Positions 56,478-64,000 of a stretch of 64,000 nt of DNA are shown one piece after another; the first letter of the stretch is position 1, and every line of letters begins with the position of its first letter. The notes under the pieces are model-generated. The model ran no database searches. It saw only the letters and a program-made list of their open reading frames with translations, and was not told where the DNA came from. Source of the stretch: an uncultured bacterium. Its GTDB lineage: Bacteria > Verrucomicrobiota > Kiritimatiellia > RFP12 > UBA1067. Location of the stretch: contig CACWIW010000004.1 in the NCBI GenBank assembly GCA_902761035.1, positions 3,981 through 67,980 of the forward strand, written 5' to 3'. Both the position numbers and the translations under genes were made by a program.

Positions 56478-57392
56478 ATGAAACCAACACTCGTAGTTCT
56501 GGCCGCAGGAATGGGATCCCGTTATGGCGGCCTCAAGCAGGTAGATCCCGTGGGCCCTTCGGGCGAGGCCATTCTCGACTATTCCGTCTTTGACGCACAC
56601 CGCGCCGGATTCGGCAAGGTCGTGTTCATCATCCGCAAGGACATCGAGGAGGTCTTCCGCCGCCAGGTGGGCGCGAAGTACGAGGGCCTCCTGCCCGTCG
56701 ACTACGCATTCCAGGACATCAACGACCTCCCCGCCCCCTACACCGTCCCCGCTGGACGCACGAAACCGTGGGGTACCGCCCACGCGATCCGCGCCGCGCG
56801 CAACGTGGTGGGCGAGCCATTCGCCGCAATCAACGCGGACGACTTCTATGGCCGCGACGCCTTCGCGCGTCTCTCGTCCTTCCTCACCGGCGTCGACGCC
56901 GCCACGCGTCCTCTCCAGTTCGCGATGGTCGGCTACAAGCTCGACCTCACGCTCTCCGACCATGGTTCCGTCGCGCGCGGCATCTGCCAGGTGACTCCTG
57001 AAGGGAAACTCACCGGCGTCACTGAGATGACGAAGCTCGTGCGCACGCCCGAGGGCGCGGAGAACCAAGAGAATCCCGCCGCCCCCGTGAAGCTCACCGG
57101 CAAGGAGCGCGTCTCCATGAACCTCTGGGGCTTCACGCCCGCGCTCTTCGACGCGCTTGAGTCACGCTTCCCCGCATGGCTCGCCCAACGCGGCGCGGAG
57201 GAGAAGAGCGAGTGGTACATTCCCTTCGTCGTGGACGAGATGATCCACGAGGGCGCCGCCACCGTCGACGTGCTGCCCACCGAGTCCGCCTGGTTCGGCG
57301 TCACGTACCGCGAGGACAAGCCGCTCGTCACGGACGCGATCCGCGCCCTCGTCGATGCCGGCGAATACCCCGCGTCGCTGTTCGGGAAGTGA
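56478..57392 (+). CDS. Sugar-phosphate nucleotidyltransferase family protein
   Basis: The real start is the ATG at 56478 (MKPTLVVLAAGMGSRYGGLKQ). The ORF-track start at 56058 is an artefact. Confidence 0.75.
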   Translation: MKPTLVVLAAGMGSRYGGLKQVDPVGPSGEAILDYSVFDAHRAGFGKVVFIIRKDIEEVFRRQVGAKYEGLLPVDYAFQDINDLPAPYTVPAGRTKPWGTAHAIRAARNVVGEPFAAINADDFYGRDAFARLSSFLTGVDAATRPLQFAMVGYKLDLTLSDHGSVARGICQVTPEGKLTGVTEMTKLVRTPEGAENQENPAAPVKLTGKERVSMNLWGFTPALFDALESRFPAWLAQRGAEEKSEWYIPFVVDEMIHEGAATVDVLPTESAWFGVTYREDKPLVTDAIRALVDAGEYPASLFGK

Positions 57393-57394
57393 GT

Positions 57395-58141
57395 ATGTCG
57401 GGTCGAGCGGGCAAGTTCCTGGACGCCGTCCTCGACCGCGTCTGGCCGCGCGTCTGCGCGGTGAAGACGTGCGCACGCCCGTCCGACCGCCCCGGCCGAC
57501 ACCTCTGCTCCGCCTGCTTCGCGGGACTCCCCTTCCACGAAGCGGACGGCTGCTGCCGCATCTGCGGCACCATCATCGCCTCGAAAGTCACGCACGATTT
57601 CGTCTGCGAAGCCTGCGCCAAGGACAAGCCCGCCTACGAACGCGCGCGTAGCGCCGTCGTGTACGAGGCACCCGTCGACCAGCTCGTGAACGACTTCAAG
57701 TTCGGCGCCGCCGTGTGGCTCGCGGAGGACCTCGCGGACCTGCTCGAGGGAGCCGTACGCGCCAAGCTACAACCCGCCGACGTGGACGTGATCGTGCCCG
57801 TGCCCCTCCACCCCAACCGCCTGCGCACGCGCGGCTACAACCAGAGCGCCCTCCTCGCACGCGCGCTTGGGCGCCGCATCAACCGCCGCGTCGACGAACG
57901 CTCGTTCACGCGCATCAAAGATACGGAACACCAGTCGCGTCTCTCCGGCGACGAGCGCCGCACAAACCTCATCGGTGCCTTCGCCGTTGCAGACGCGCGC
58001 GGCATCCGCGGACGCACCGTGCTTCTCATCGACGACGTGATGACTTCCGGCAACACCTTCGCGCACTGCGCCAAGGCACTCCTCGACGGCGGCGCCTTCC
58101 GCGTCTGGTGCGCCTCCGTGGCCCGCCGCCTGAAAGATTAA
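57395..58141 (+). CDS. ComF/GntX-family phosphoribosyltransferase-domain protein
   Basis: N-terminal Cys-rich zinc-finger-like region (CSACF...CCRICG...CEAC) and the PRPP motif VLLIDDVMTSGNT. I prefer the start at 57395. Confidence 0.8.
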   Translation: MSGRAGKFLDAVLDRVWPRVCAVKTCARPSDRPGRHLCSACFAGLPFHEADGCCRICGTIIASKVTHDFVCEACAKDKPAYERARSAVVYEAPVDQLVNDFKFGAAVWLAEDLADLLEGAVRAKLQPADVDVIVPVPLHPNRLRTRGYNQSALLARALGRRINRRVDERSFTRIKDTEHQSRLSGDERRTNLIGAFAVADARGIRGRTVLLIDDVMTSGNTFAHCAKALLDGGAFRVWCASVARRLKD

Positions 58142-58185
58142 AGAATGTCCAAAGTCCTTAATTCTTTGCCCTGATTTAAACGCGC

Positions 58186-58358
58186 AAGGCGTGAGTACAG
58201 GACGGCGAAAGACCATACGCCTCGTCAACGAGCGCGTCGAGGTGCGCGTGGGCCTTCACCAAGTCGGGCGGCATCGTGAGCGGATCGTAGAGGTCGGCAA
58301 GAGTCGCGTTGGGGTACGCGGCGTGGGCGTCGAGAATGGCCTACGCGGCAGCGGCGAT
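58186..58358 (-). pseudogene. C-terminal remnant of a MmeI-like type IIG/IIL DNA methyltransferase-endonuclease
   Basis: The minus strand reads IAAAA*AILDAHAAYPNATLADLYDPLTMPPDLVKAHAHLDALVDEAYGLSPSCTHALRV*. This matches the conserved tail I recall for this family (ILDxRxxYPxxSLADLYDPxxMPxxLxKAHxxLDxxVxxxYG). There is an in-frame TAG at 58343-58341 and no upstream gene body. Confidence 0.6.
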
Positions 58359-58361
58359 CAA

Positions 58362-58455
58362 TGTTGCCATTATGGGAGTGTTGCCAGTTCCAATGTTGCC
58401 AGTTCCCAATTGGGCGTTGGCATTGGGTATTGGCAACATTTTTACATTGGCAACA
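58362..58455. repeat. ~95-bp composite imperfect palindrome (3x TGTTGCCA / CCCAATTGGG centre / 3x TGGCA(ACA))
   Basis: TGTTGCCA at 58362, 58379 and 58394. A perfect 10-bp palindrome CCCAATTGGG at 58405-58414. TGGCA at 58418, and TGGCAACA at 58431 and 58448. The arms are mirror-placed to within 2 nt. Confidence 0.65.
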
Positions 58456-58478
58456 TTCTCCACCTCCGGCGTTCCCAG

Positions 58479-59831
58479 TCAGACAAGTGGGAGCATATAG
58501 TGGGGAAGATAGGTTATGCCATCTTCCATGCGGACATCCTTGTCCGAGAACAGGAAGGCTTCACCGCACCACTCCGCGTATTTGTTCCTGAACTTGTCGA
58601 GGGATGCATGCGTAATGTTTGCGCCACACTTGATCTCGATCGGCATGACATTGTGTCGACGGGCCAATTTCGACTTCGAGACAACAAAGTCGATTTCCAT
58701 CCGCTCTTTCGCGTTGTCGGAACTGGACTCGGAATGGAAGTAGAGCTTATGGCCCGAAGCGACCAGCATCTGCGCCGCAAGGTTCTCCACGAGCATTCCC
58801 TTGTTCACCTCGATCCTGTCGAGCAGCAGCCGACGATGTATCTCCTCCCGGGCAAGCTCGTTCTCGTCAAACGCATGGCTCACAAGAAGCCCCGTGTCGG
58901 CAAGATAGCACTTCATGGACTTCCGATCCAGATTCATCTTGAGTCCGACGTTCGGGTCGGTGGAGTTCCAGCACAAGTTGGCGAACATGGCGGATTCAAG
59001 CCAATGAAACGCATCAGACCAGTCGCGCATCCTCGCCTTGGCCTCAAGGCTGCCGACTCGGAAGTTCTTCTCGTGGCGGGACAACTGATCGGGTATCTCG
59101 TCGAATATGCGTTCCACCTTCGGGGCCAATGCGCCGGCGTGCTTCCAGATGTCGGCCCTGTAAAGGTCGAGAATCGCGCGCTTCTGTCCGTCAACCTCGG
59201 CAAGATCGTGCGAACGCACGAACTCCGAAACCACCTGAGGCATCCCACCCACGACGAGATACTGCCGATACGCCTCCATGATTCGCCGGTGTACTGCCTG
59301 CCCAAGTGGCTTGCGCTCTGAAAAGAACTTCCTGACGGCGTCCATGGCCGATTCCCGCCCTGTCGCCCAGAGGAACTCCTCTAAGTCCATCGGATACATC
59401 TTCAGATGAAGCTCTTCGGAAGGTATCACGATGTTTGCCGTGTTTTTCTTTACCGATATGAGAGATCCTGTCTCAAGATAATGGTATCGCCCATCGGCGA
59501 CCAATGTCTTTATGGCTTCGCGGGCGCGGGGGAACTCCTGCACCTCGTCGAAAACGACCAATGCGTTGCCACGAACAAGCCGAACGCCCGTCTCCGCCTC
59601 AAGCAGCATGAAGAACGTGTCGAGATCTCCGAGGTTCTCCTCGAATATTGTGCGTATGCCGCGCGATGCCTTGCTGAAGTCTATCAGCAGATAGCTGGCG
59701 TACTCAGACTTCGCGAACTCCTCGGCAATCCAGCTCTTGCCTACGCGCCGCGCACCATCAATCAGCAGCGCAAAGCGGTCGGCCCGCTTTGACTTCCATT
59801 CCTTCAGCGTTTCGTAGAACTTGCGTTTCAT
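58479..59831 (-). CDS. AAA-family ATPase (AAA_14 / DUF4143 type)
   Basis: Walker A GARRVGKS, Walker B VVFDEVQ, a C-terminal DUF4143-like region. 450 aa, low GC. Confidence 0.8.
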   Translation of the reverse strand: MKRKFYETLKEWKSKRADRFALLIDGARRVGKSWIAEEFAKSEYASYLLIDFSKASRGIRTIFEENLGDLDTFFMLLEAETGVRLVRGNALVVFDEVQEFPRAREAIKTLVADGRYHYLETGSLISVKKNTANIVIPSEELHLKMYPMDLEEFLWATGRESAMDAVRKFFSERKPLGQAVHRRIMEAYRQYLVVGGMPQVVSEFVRSHDLAEVDGQKRAILDLYRADIWKHAGALAPKVERIFDEIPDQLSRHEKNFRVGSLEAKARMRDWSDAFHWLESAMFANLCWNSTDPNVGLKMNLDRKSMKCYLADTGLLVSHAFDENELAREEIHRRLLLDRIEVNKGMLVENLAAQMLVASGHKLYFHSESSSDNAKERMEIDFVVSKSKLARRHNVMPIEIKCGANITHASLDKFRNKYAEWCGEAFLFSDKDVRMEDGITYLPHYMLPLV

Positions 59832-60439
59832 GCCTTTTTAGCCTCCATTTTGGCGTTGCGACGAGTAGTATACACCAGATTTAGATTTTCTACAATGCGG
59901 AATCTACACCAAATGCAGATTTTTGGAAGTGGCGAAAATACACAATTTAGTGATTTTCCACACCATACGGGTCCAGGGGATATTCAAGTCTTCGGGGACG
60001 AAAATCGTCGCGGCGCCGGAGGAGTAGTCGATGTCCGCGGAGGGGATCGCCTTCGGCGCGAGCGTGACGGGTGACGCCCCCGCCGCGAGCGAGAGGATGC
60101 CGTTGACACGCGAAAGATCCACGGGCGCGCCGCCCGCCGCGGCGGCCACCCTGATCCGCACGCCGCGCCGCTTCCCCGATGGTGTGTCTTCCAATATCAG
60201 TTTTTGGAGGGATACAGGTGAGTGACCGGTTACAGGAAGTTCTTTACCCCTATTGCCTTCTTAATCAGGATGTGATACACTACCATCCGAACCCCGCGAT
60301 GGGTTACATCCACCCGCTGATGCACTGCCAATGCGGCGCAAGGCCGAGAGCAATCCCGGTCTTAGCATTTCAAAGGAATGACCATTACCAAAACGATTTT
60401 TTACAACCTCGCCGCGCGAACAGGGTCCTCAAAATAAAA

Positions 60440-61093
60440 ATGAAAACTGAAGCGAAAATAAACCCTACCCTTATCTGGGACTGGAACGGCACGCTGCTCG
60501 ACGACGTCGATGCGGCCGTGGCCGCGTTGAGCCGCATGCTCGCCAAACACGGCCTTCCGCCCGTCACGCGCGAGTTCTACCGCGCCAACTTTGGTTTCCC
60601 CGTGCGCCCCTTCTACCAGCAGGTCGGTATCGACCTCGACCGCGTGGACTGGGACGAAATCTGCACCGACTTCCACGCCTTCATCGCCGCCGAGCCGCAA
60701 GGACTCCACCCCACCTCGCTCGAGGCCCTCGAAGCCGCCCGCGCCGGCGGCTTCAACCAGTGCATCCTCAGCGCCCTCCGCGAAGACCTTCTCCAACGCG
60801 ATACCGCACGCTTCGGCGTAGCCCCGTTCCTCACGCACATCTTCGGCGTCGACAACCTCGACGGCGCCACAAAGCTTTCGCGCGGACACGACCTCGTCGC
60901 CGCCCTTCCCACGCAGACGAAGCTCTACTTTATTGGCGACACGCTCCACGACGCCGAAGTCGGTACTGCCATCGGCGCGGAAGTGATTCTCGTCGATTGC
61001 GGACACCAGACCGCCGAGCGTCTGCGCGCCACCGGATGCCCTGTCGTCCCCACGCCGCTCGCCGCCGTCCAGTACATCCAAACTGAAGGATAA
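60440..61093 (+). CDS. HAD-superfamily hydrolase (phosphoglycolate phosphatase-like)
   Basis: I prefer the ATG at 60440 (MKTEAKINPTLIWDWNGTLLDD, which is HAD motif I). GDTLHD is motif IV. Confidence 0.75.
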   Translation: MKTEAKINPTLIWDWNGTLLDDVDAAVAALSRMLAKHGLPPVTREFYRANFGFPVRPFYQQVGIDLDRVDWDEICTDFHAFIAAEPQGLHPTSLEALEAARAGGFNQCILSALREDLLQRDTARFGVAPFLTHIFGVDNLDGATKLSRGHDLVAALPTQTKLYFIGDTLHDAEVGTAIGAEVILVDCGHQTAERLRATGCPVVPTPLAAVQYIQTEG

Positions 61094-61097
61094 TGCC

Positions 61098-63113
61098 ATG
61101 AGAATTGTTCTTGGAATTGCCGTGGCAGTAGTTGCCGCACATGCACTGGCGGCGGAATGCGCACTGGCGGCGGATTGCAAAGACGGAACCTGCCCGATGC
61201 CGGCATCAGGCAGCGAGGCAACGTACACGGTGCTGTCGCCCGTGCCAGAGTCCGCCGTAGAGCCGATCAAACCCGCAGCGCGCCTCAAGACGCTGGACGG
61301 CAAGACAATCGCGCTCGTAGGTGGCAGCTTCATGGCAAACGTCACGCATCCCGAACTGAAACGGCTCATACTCGCCGAATACCCGACGGCGAAAATCTAT
61401 CTGCTGAGCGAGATTGGTTCGGCAGGACCCTACCCGCGTCCGGGAGTAGTGCGCCACGAGAAGGAAGAGTTCCAGCGCAATCTGAAGGATTTCAAAATCG
61501 ACGCCGTCATCTCCGGCAACGGCGGATGCGGACTCTGCACGCCGAAGGAGACAGGCTCCTGCATCGCCGCCGAAGTGCTGGGGATTCCGTCCGTAATGAT
61601 CGCCGCGCCGGGGTTCGTGAAACAGGCGAAGAGCACCGCCCTCTCCGCCGGACTCGCCGAGCTGCGCATCGCGGAATACCCAGGCGCGTTCGCAAGCCAC
61701 ACGCGCGAGGAACTGCTGTCGAACACGCGCAAGGTCCTGTGGCCGCAGGTCAAGGCGGGACTCATGGGGGCCAAGGACATCCGCCCGACGGCAACCGACA
61801 GTCGGACGCCGGCTGCCGACAGCCAAATCTCCGGCACGCTCGCCGAAATCCAGCGCATCTTCCTCGACTCCGGCTGGACAGACGGCCTGCCCATCGTGCC
61901 GCCAACGGAACAAACCGTTTCCGAGTTCCTGCGCTTCACCGACCTGCCGCCCACCCACTCGCTCGGCGCAATCCCGCCCGCGCAGCGCGGCGTGACTGTC
62001 CGACACGTGGCCGTAAACGGCGCGATGGCGGGGTGTCCGCCCGAGTTCATGCCGCTGCTCCTCGCGTTCGTGGAGGCGATGAAGGATGGCGACTTCCGCC
62101 GTCCGCTCGCCTCGACCCACGCCTGGACGCCCTACTGCTGGCTGAACGGGCCCGTCGCCCGCCAGCTGGGCTTCGACTGCGGACAGGGCGAAACCTGCGA
62201 GCCGAAGAACGCCGTCCTCGGACGCTTCATCAACCTCGCCATGCTCAACCTCGGCGGCTACCGCGTAAAGGAGAACCGCATGGGCACGTTCGGTTACCTG
62301 ATGCCGTGGTGTCTCGTGGAGGATGAGGCCGCCGCGCTGAAAATCGGCTGGAAACCGTACCAGATGCAATGTGGCTACGCCATCGACGACTCCACGCTCA
62401 CCGCCGCCTCGTCGATCAACTGGGGCAACAACCTCGTGCCGGCCACGTCCGACGGTGCGCGCATCAAGGACATGATGGCGTGGGACGCCGTGGAGAAGTC
62501 GCAGATGGCCGTGGCGAGCGGCATGCCCTGCACCTACCGCGCGTTCTTCGTCACGGAGGGCGTCGCACGCGATCTGGCGAATACCTACCAGACGAAAAAA
62601 TCGCTCTGCAAGGCCATTGAGAAGACGGCGCGCATACCGCTCGGCGCACGCGCATTCGCAAACTACTGGGGCAACCCCGGCAGCGCGTTCAATCCCGAAC
62701 GATACCCGCTCTCCCGCCACGAGGACCGCATTGCCGATAGGGAAGGATCTTCCATGACAAAGACGCCGCCGTGGCTTGCCTGGACGGACAAGTCCGAGAT
62801 GGAGACCGTACCCGCGATGGCGTCCGGCAAGAGCGCGTTCATCGTAACGGGCGACCCTTCGCGCAACAAGACGCTCTGCGTTCCCGGCGGCGGGTTCGCG
62901 ACAATCAAGATCACGCTTCCGAAGGCATGGGACGCGCTCATGTCCGAACGCGGCTACAAGCCGCTCGCCGACTTCCGCCTCAAGACGGACCTCAAGCCTG
63001 ACACACCGCCCACCTCTTTCCGCGACCCCTCGCGCCGTCGGCCGCCCTCGCAGTCGGGCGCACGCGGCGACTTCGAGCGCGGCTATTATCCCCGCAGAAG
63101 GCGATTCCGCTGA
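61098..63113 (+). CDS. Secreted/periplasmic protein of unknown function with CGLC...GSC cysteine motif
   Basis: 671-aa ORF with signal peptide MRIVLGIAVAVVAAHALAA. The motif GNGGCGLCTPKETGSCIAAEVLGIPSV sits in a Rossmann-like context, possibly the UGSC-type (seleno)protein family (recall, uncertain). The second half contains GWTDGLPIVPPT. Confidence 0.6.
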   Translation: MRIVLGIAVAVVAAHALAAECALAADCKDGTCPMPASGSEATYTVLSPVPESAVEPIKPAARLKTLDGKTIALVGGSFMANVTHPELKRLILAEYPTAKIYLLSEIGSAGPYPRPGVVRHEKEEFQRNLKDFKIDAVISGNGGCGLCTPKETGSCIAAEVLGIPSVMIAAPGFVKQAKSTALSAGLAELRIAEYPGAFASHTREELLSNTRKVLWPQVKAGLMGAKDIRPTATDSRTPAADSQISGTLAEIQRIFLDSGWTDGLPIVPPTEQTVSEFLRFTDLPPTHSLGAIPPAQRGVTVRHVAVNGAMAGCPPEFMPLLLAFVEAMKDGDFRRPLASTHAWTPYCWLNGPVARQLGFDCGQGETCEPKNAVLGRFINLAMLNLGGYRVKENRMGTFGYLMPWCLVEDEAAALKIGWKPYQMQCGYAIDDSTLTAASSINWGNNLVPATSDGARIKDMMAWDAVEKSQMAVASGMPCTYRAFFVTEGVARDLANTYQTKKSLCKAIEKTARIPLGARAFANYWGNPGSAFNPERYPLSRHEDRIADREGSSMTKTPPWLAWTDKSEMETVPAMASGKSAFIVTGDPSRNKTLCVPGGGFATIKITLPKAWDALMSERGYKPLADFRLKTDLKPDTPPTSFRDPSRRRPPSQSGARGDFERGYYPRRRRFR

Positions 63114-64000
63114 ACGGCGATGAGCTCTGCTGCGCGCTCTAGGTCTGCGTCGCTCTTCCCCGCATCCACCGCTGCGCGCAGACGTGCCGCACCGCGCGCC
63201 ACCGTGGGATAGCGTATTGCGGGTACAAGTACGCCCTCGCGTTCCAACGCCGCCGAGACTTCGCACGCCATGCGCTCGTCGCCAATCAGTATGGGCACAA
63301 TGGCGCTCTGCGTGGAACATTCCACTCCTGCCGCGTTGAGCGCCGCTACGAAACGCGCCACCTTCGCGCGCAGCTCAGGCGCGCGCCATGGTTCCGCCTC
63401 CAGTACGGACAACGCGGCGTCGGCAGCCGCCATCGCGCCAGGATCGGGTGCCGTTGAGAAGATAAACGCCCGCGACCGATTCCGCAGGTAATCGCATACG
63501 GTGCGGCTTGCGCAGACGAATCCGCCCTCGCAACCAAGGGCCTTTGAAAGTGTGCCGAGTATGATGTCCGGCTTGCAGCCGAAATATTCCGTGAGACCGC
63601 GTCCCGTTGCGCCCACGACGCCAGTCGCATGCGCCTCGTCAATCATCGATACGGCACCTGCCCGACGGCACGTCGCAAGAAACGCCGGCAGGTCGAGCAA
63701 ATCGCCATCCATCGAAAAAACAGCATCGCTCACCACGAGCTTGCGCCGACGCGGTCCCGCAGCATCAAGCTGACGCGCGAGGTCGTCCATGTCCGCGTGA
63801 CGGTACACGAAAACGTCCGCACGCGAGAGACGACACCCGTCTATGATGCTCGCATGATTAAGCGCGTCGCTGAACACGGCATCGCCCTTCCCCACAAGCG
63901 CGGAGATGGTCCCTACGTTCGCCATGTAGCCCGTCGCCCACACTACGGCATCCTCCGTGCCTTTGAAGGAGGCGAGATGCCGCTCAAGGCGCACATGTTC
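63086..64000 (-). CDS. 8-amino-7-oxononanoate synthase / alpha-oxoamine synthase family, partial (5' end outside window)
   Basis: ATGYMANVG, SDALNHASIIDG, DEAHATG and the PLP lysine in TLSKALG. The frame is open to position 64000 (EH precedes the listed GTG). Confidence 0.8.
   Translation of the reverse strand, partial: EHVRLERHLASFKGTEDAVVWATGYMANVGTISALVGKGDAVFSDALNHASIIDGCRLSRADVFVYRHADMDDLARQLDAAGPRRRKLVVSDAVFSMDGDLLDLPAFLATCRRAGAVSMIDEAHATGVVGATGRGLTEYFGCKPDIILGTLSKALGCEGGFVCASRTVCDYLRNRSRAFIFSTAPDPGAMAAADAALSVLEAEPWRAPELRAKVARFVAALNAAGVECSTQSAIVPILIGDERMACEVSAALEREGVLVPAIRYPTVARGAARLRAAVDAGKSDADLERAAELIAVQRNRLLRG

Noticed and set aside
58191-59321. 376-aa plus-strand ORF across the third islet.
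   Set aside because: - It is antisense to the AAA/DUF4143 ATPase, which has clear Walker motifs.
- Its 5' part is antisense to the methyltransferase remnant.
- I recognise no motif in it.
63086-63113. 28-nt overlap of the convergent 671-aa and BioF-like genes, considered as possible antisense regulation.
   Set aside because: It is more simply explained by a slightly late stop codon in GC-rich DNA. There is no supporting structure.
20398-63320. Many very long ORFs antisense or off-frame to the genes I call. Examples: 22451-23869 +, 24236-26665 +, 30936-32165 +, 32405-34012 +, 35826-38126 +, 38283-40247 +, 41092-42213 -, 42341-43303 -, 46208-47131 -, 54962-56452 +, 61206-63320 -.
   Set aside because: - Their translations are Arg/Ala/Gly/Pro-rich and low-complexity, with no motifs.
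- They shadow ORFs that do carry clear family motifs.
- Long stop-free antisense frames are expected in very GC-rich DNA.
1-64000. Searched by eye for CRISPR arrays, rRNA genes, integrases, transposases/IS elements and phage structural genes.
   Set aside because: - I found no regularly spaced direct repeats with unique spacers.
- I found no rRNA-like sequence.
- I found no ORF with recombinase or transposase motifs.
- The only tandem or iterated repeats are the REP-like block (19951-20420) and the 58362-58455 palindrome.

Overview
A 64-kb window of a strongly GC-rich Gram-negative chromosome. Gene content suggests a glycan-degrading, possibly PVC-type organism, but that is a guess.

Core genes:
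- a gldA/gldF-gldG-like ABC operon
- tRNA-Gln
- a sialate O-acetylesterase
- a 1593-aa secreted repeat protein
- a carbohydrate-active enzyme cluster: CE15 esterase, a GH28-like/GH16 fusion, a clan GH-A hydrolase, a beta-helix/lyase-like protein and an enolase-superfamily dehydratase
- a cell-shape block: mreB-mreC-mreD-mrdA-rodA-rng plus an lptD-like gene
- a GT2 glycosyltransferase, a Ser/Thr kinase, an MtaD-like deaminase, a sugar ABC ATPase, a Gfo/Idh/MocA oxidoreductase, a nucleotidyltransferase, ComF, a HAD hydrolase and a partial BioF-like gene

Three visibly lower-GC insertions interrupt this background:
1. About 4.1-19.9 kb, directly 3' of tRNA-Gln. Eleven co-directional minus-strand genes. 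Six are dynamin-like/P-loop GTPases, including a tandemly duplicated large-plus-small gene pair. They are followed by a basic-tail protein, a coiled-coil protein, an M48 peptidase, a patatin phospholipase and an HEFGH zincin. This is my best candidate for an undescribed system: an expanded Eleos/LeoABC-like defence or membrane-remodelling module. That function is inference.
2. About 27.8-30.9 kb. A NotI-like restriction endonuclease, an m5C methyltransferase with an unknown N-terminal domain, and a small unknown gene.
3. About 58.1-59.9 kb. A decayed C-terminal fragment of a MmeI-like type IIG methyltransferase, a ~95-bp composite palindrome and an AAA/DUF4143 ATPase.

I saw no rRNA, CRISPR array, integrase or transposase. 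All family calls come from motifs read by eye and recall; no database search was possible.
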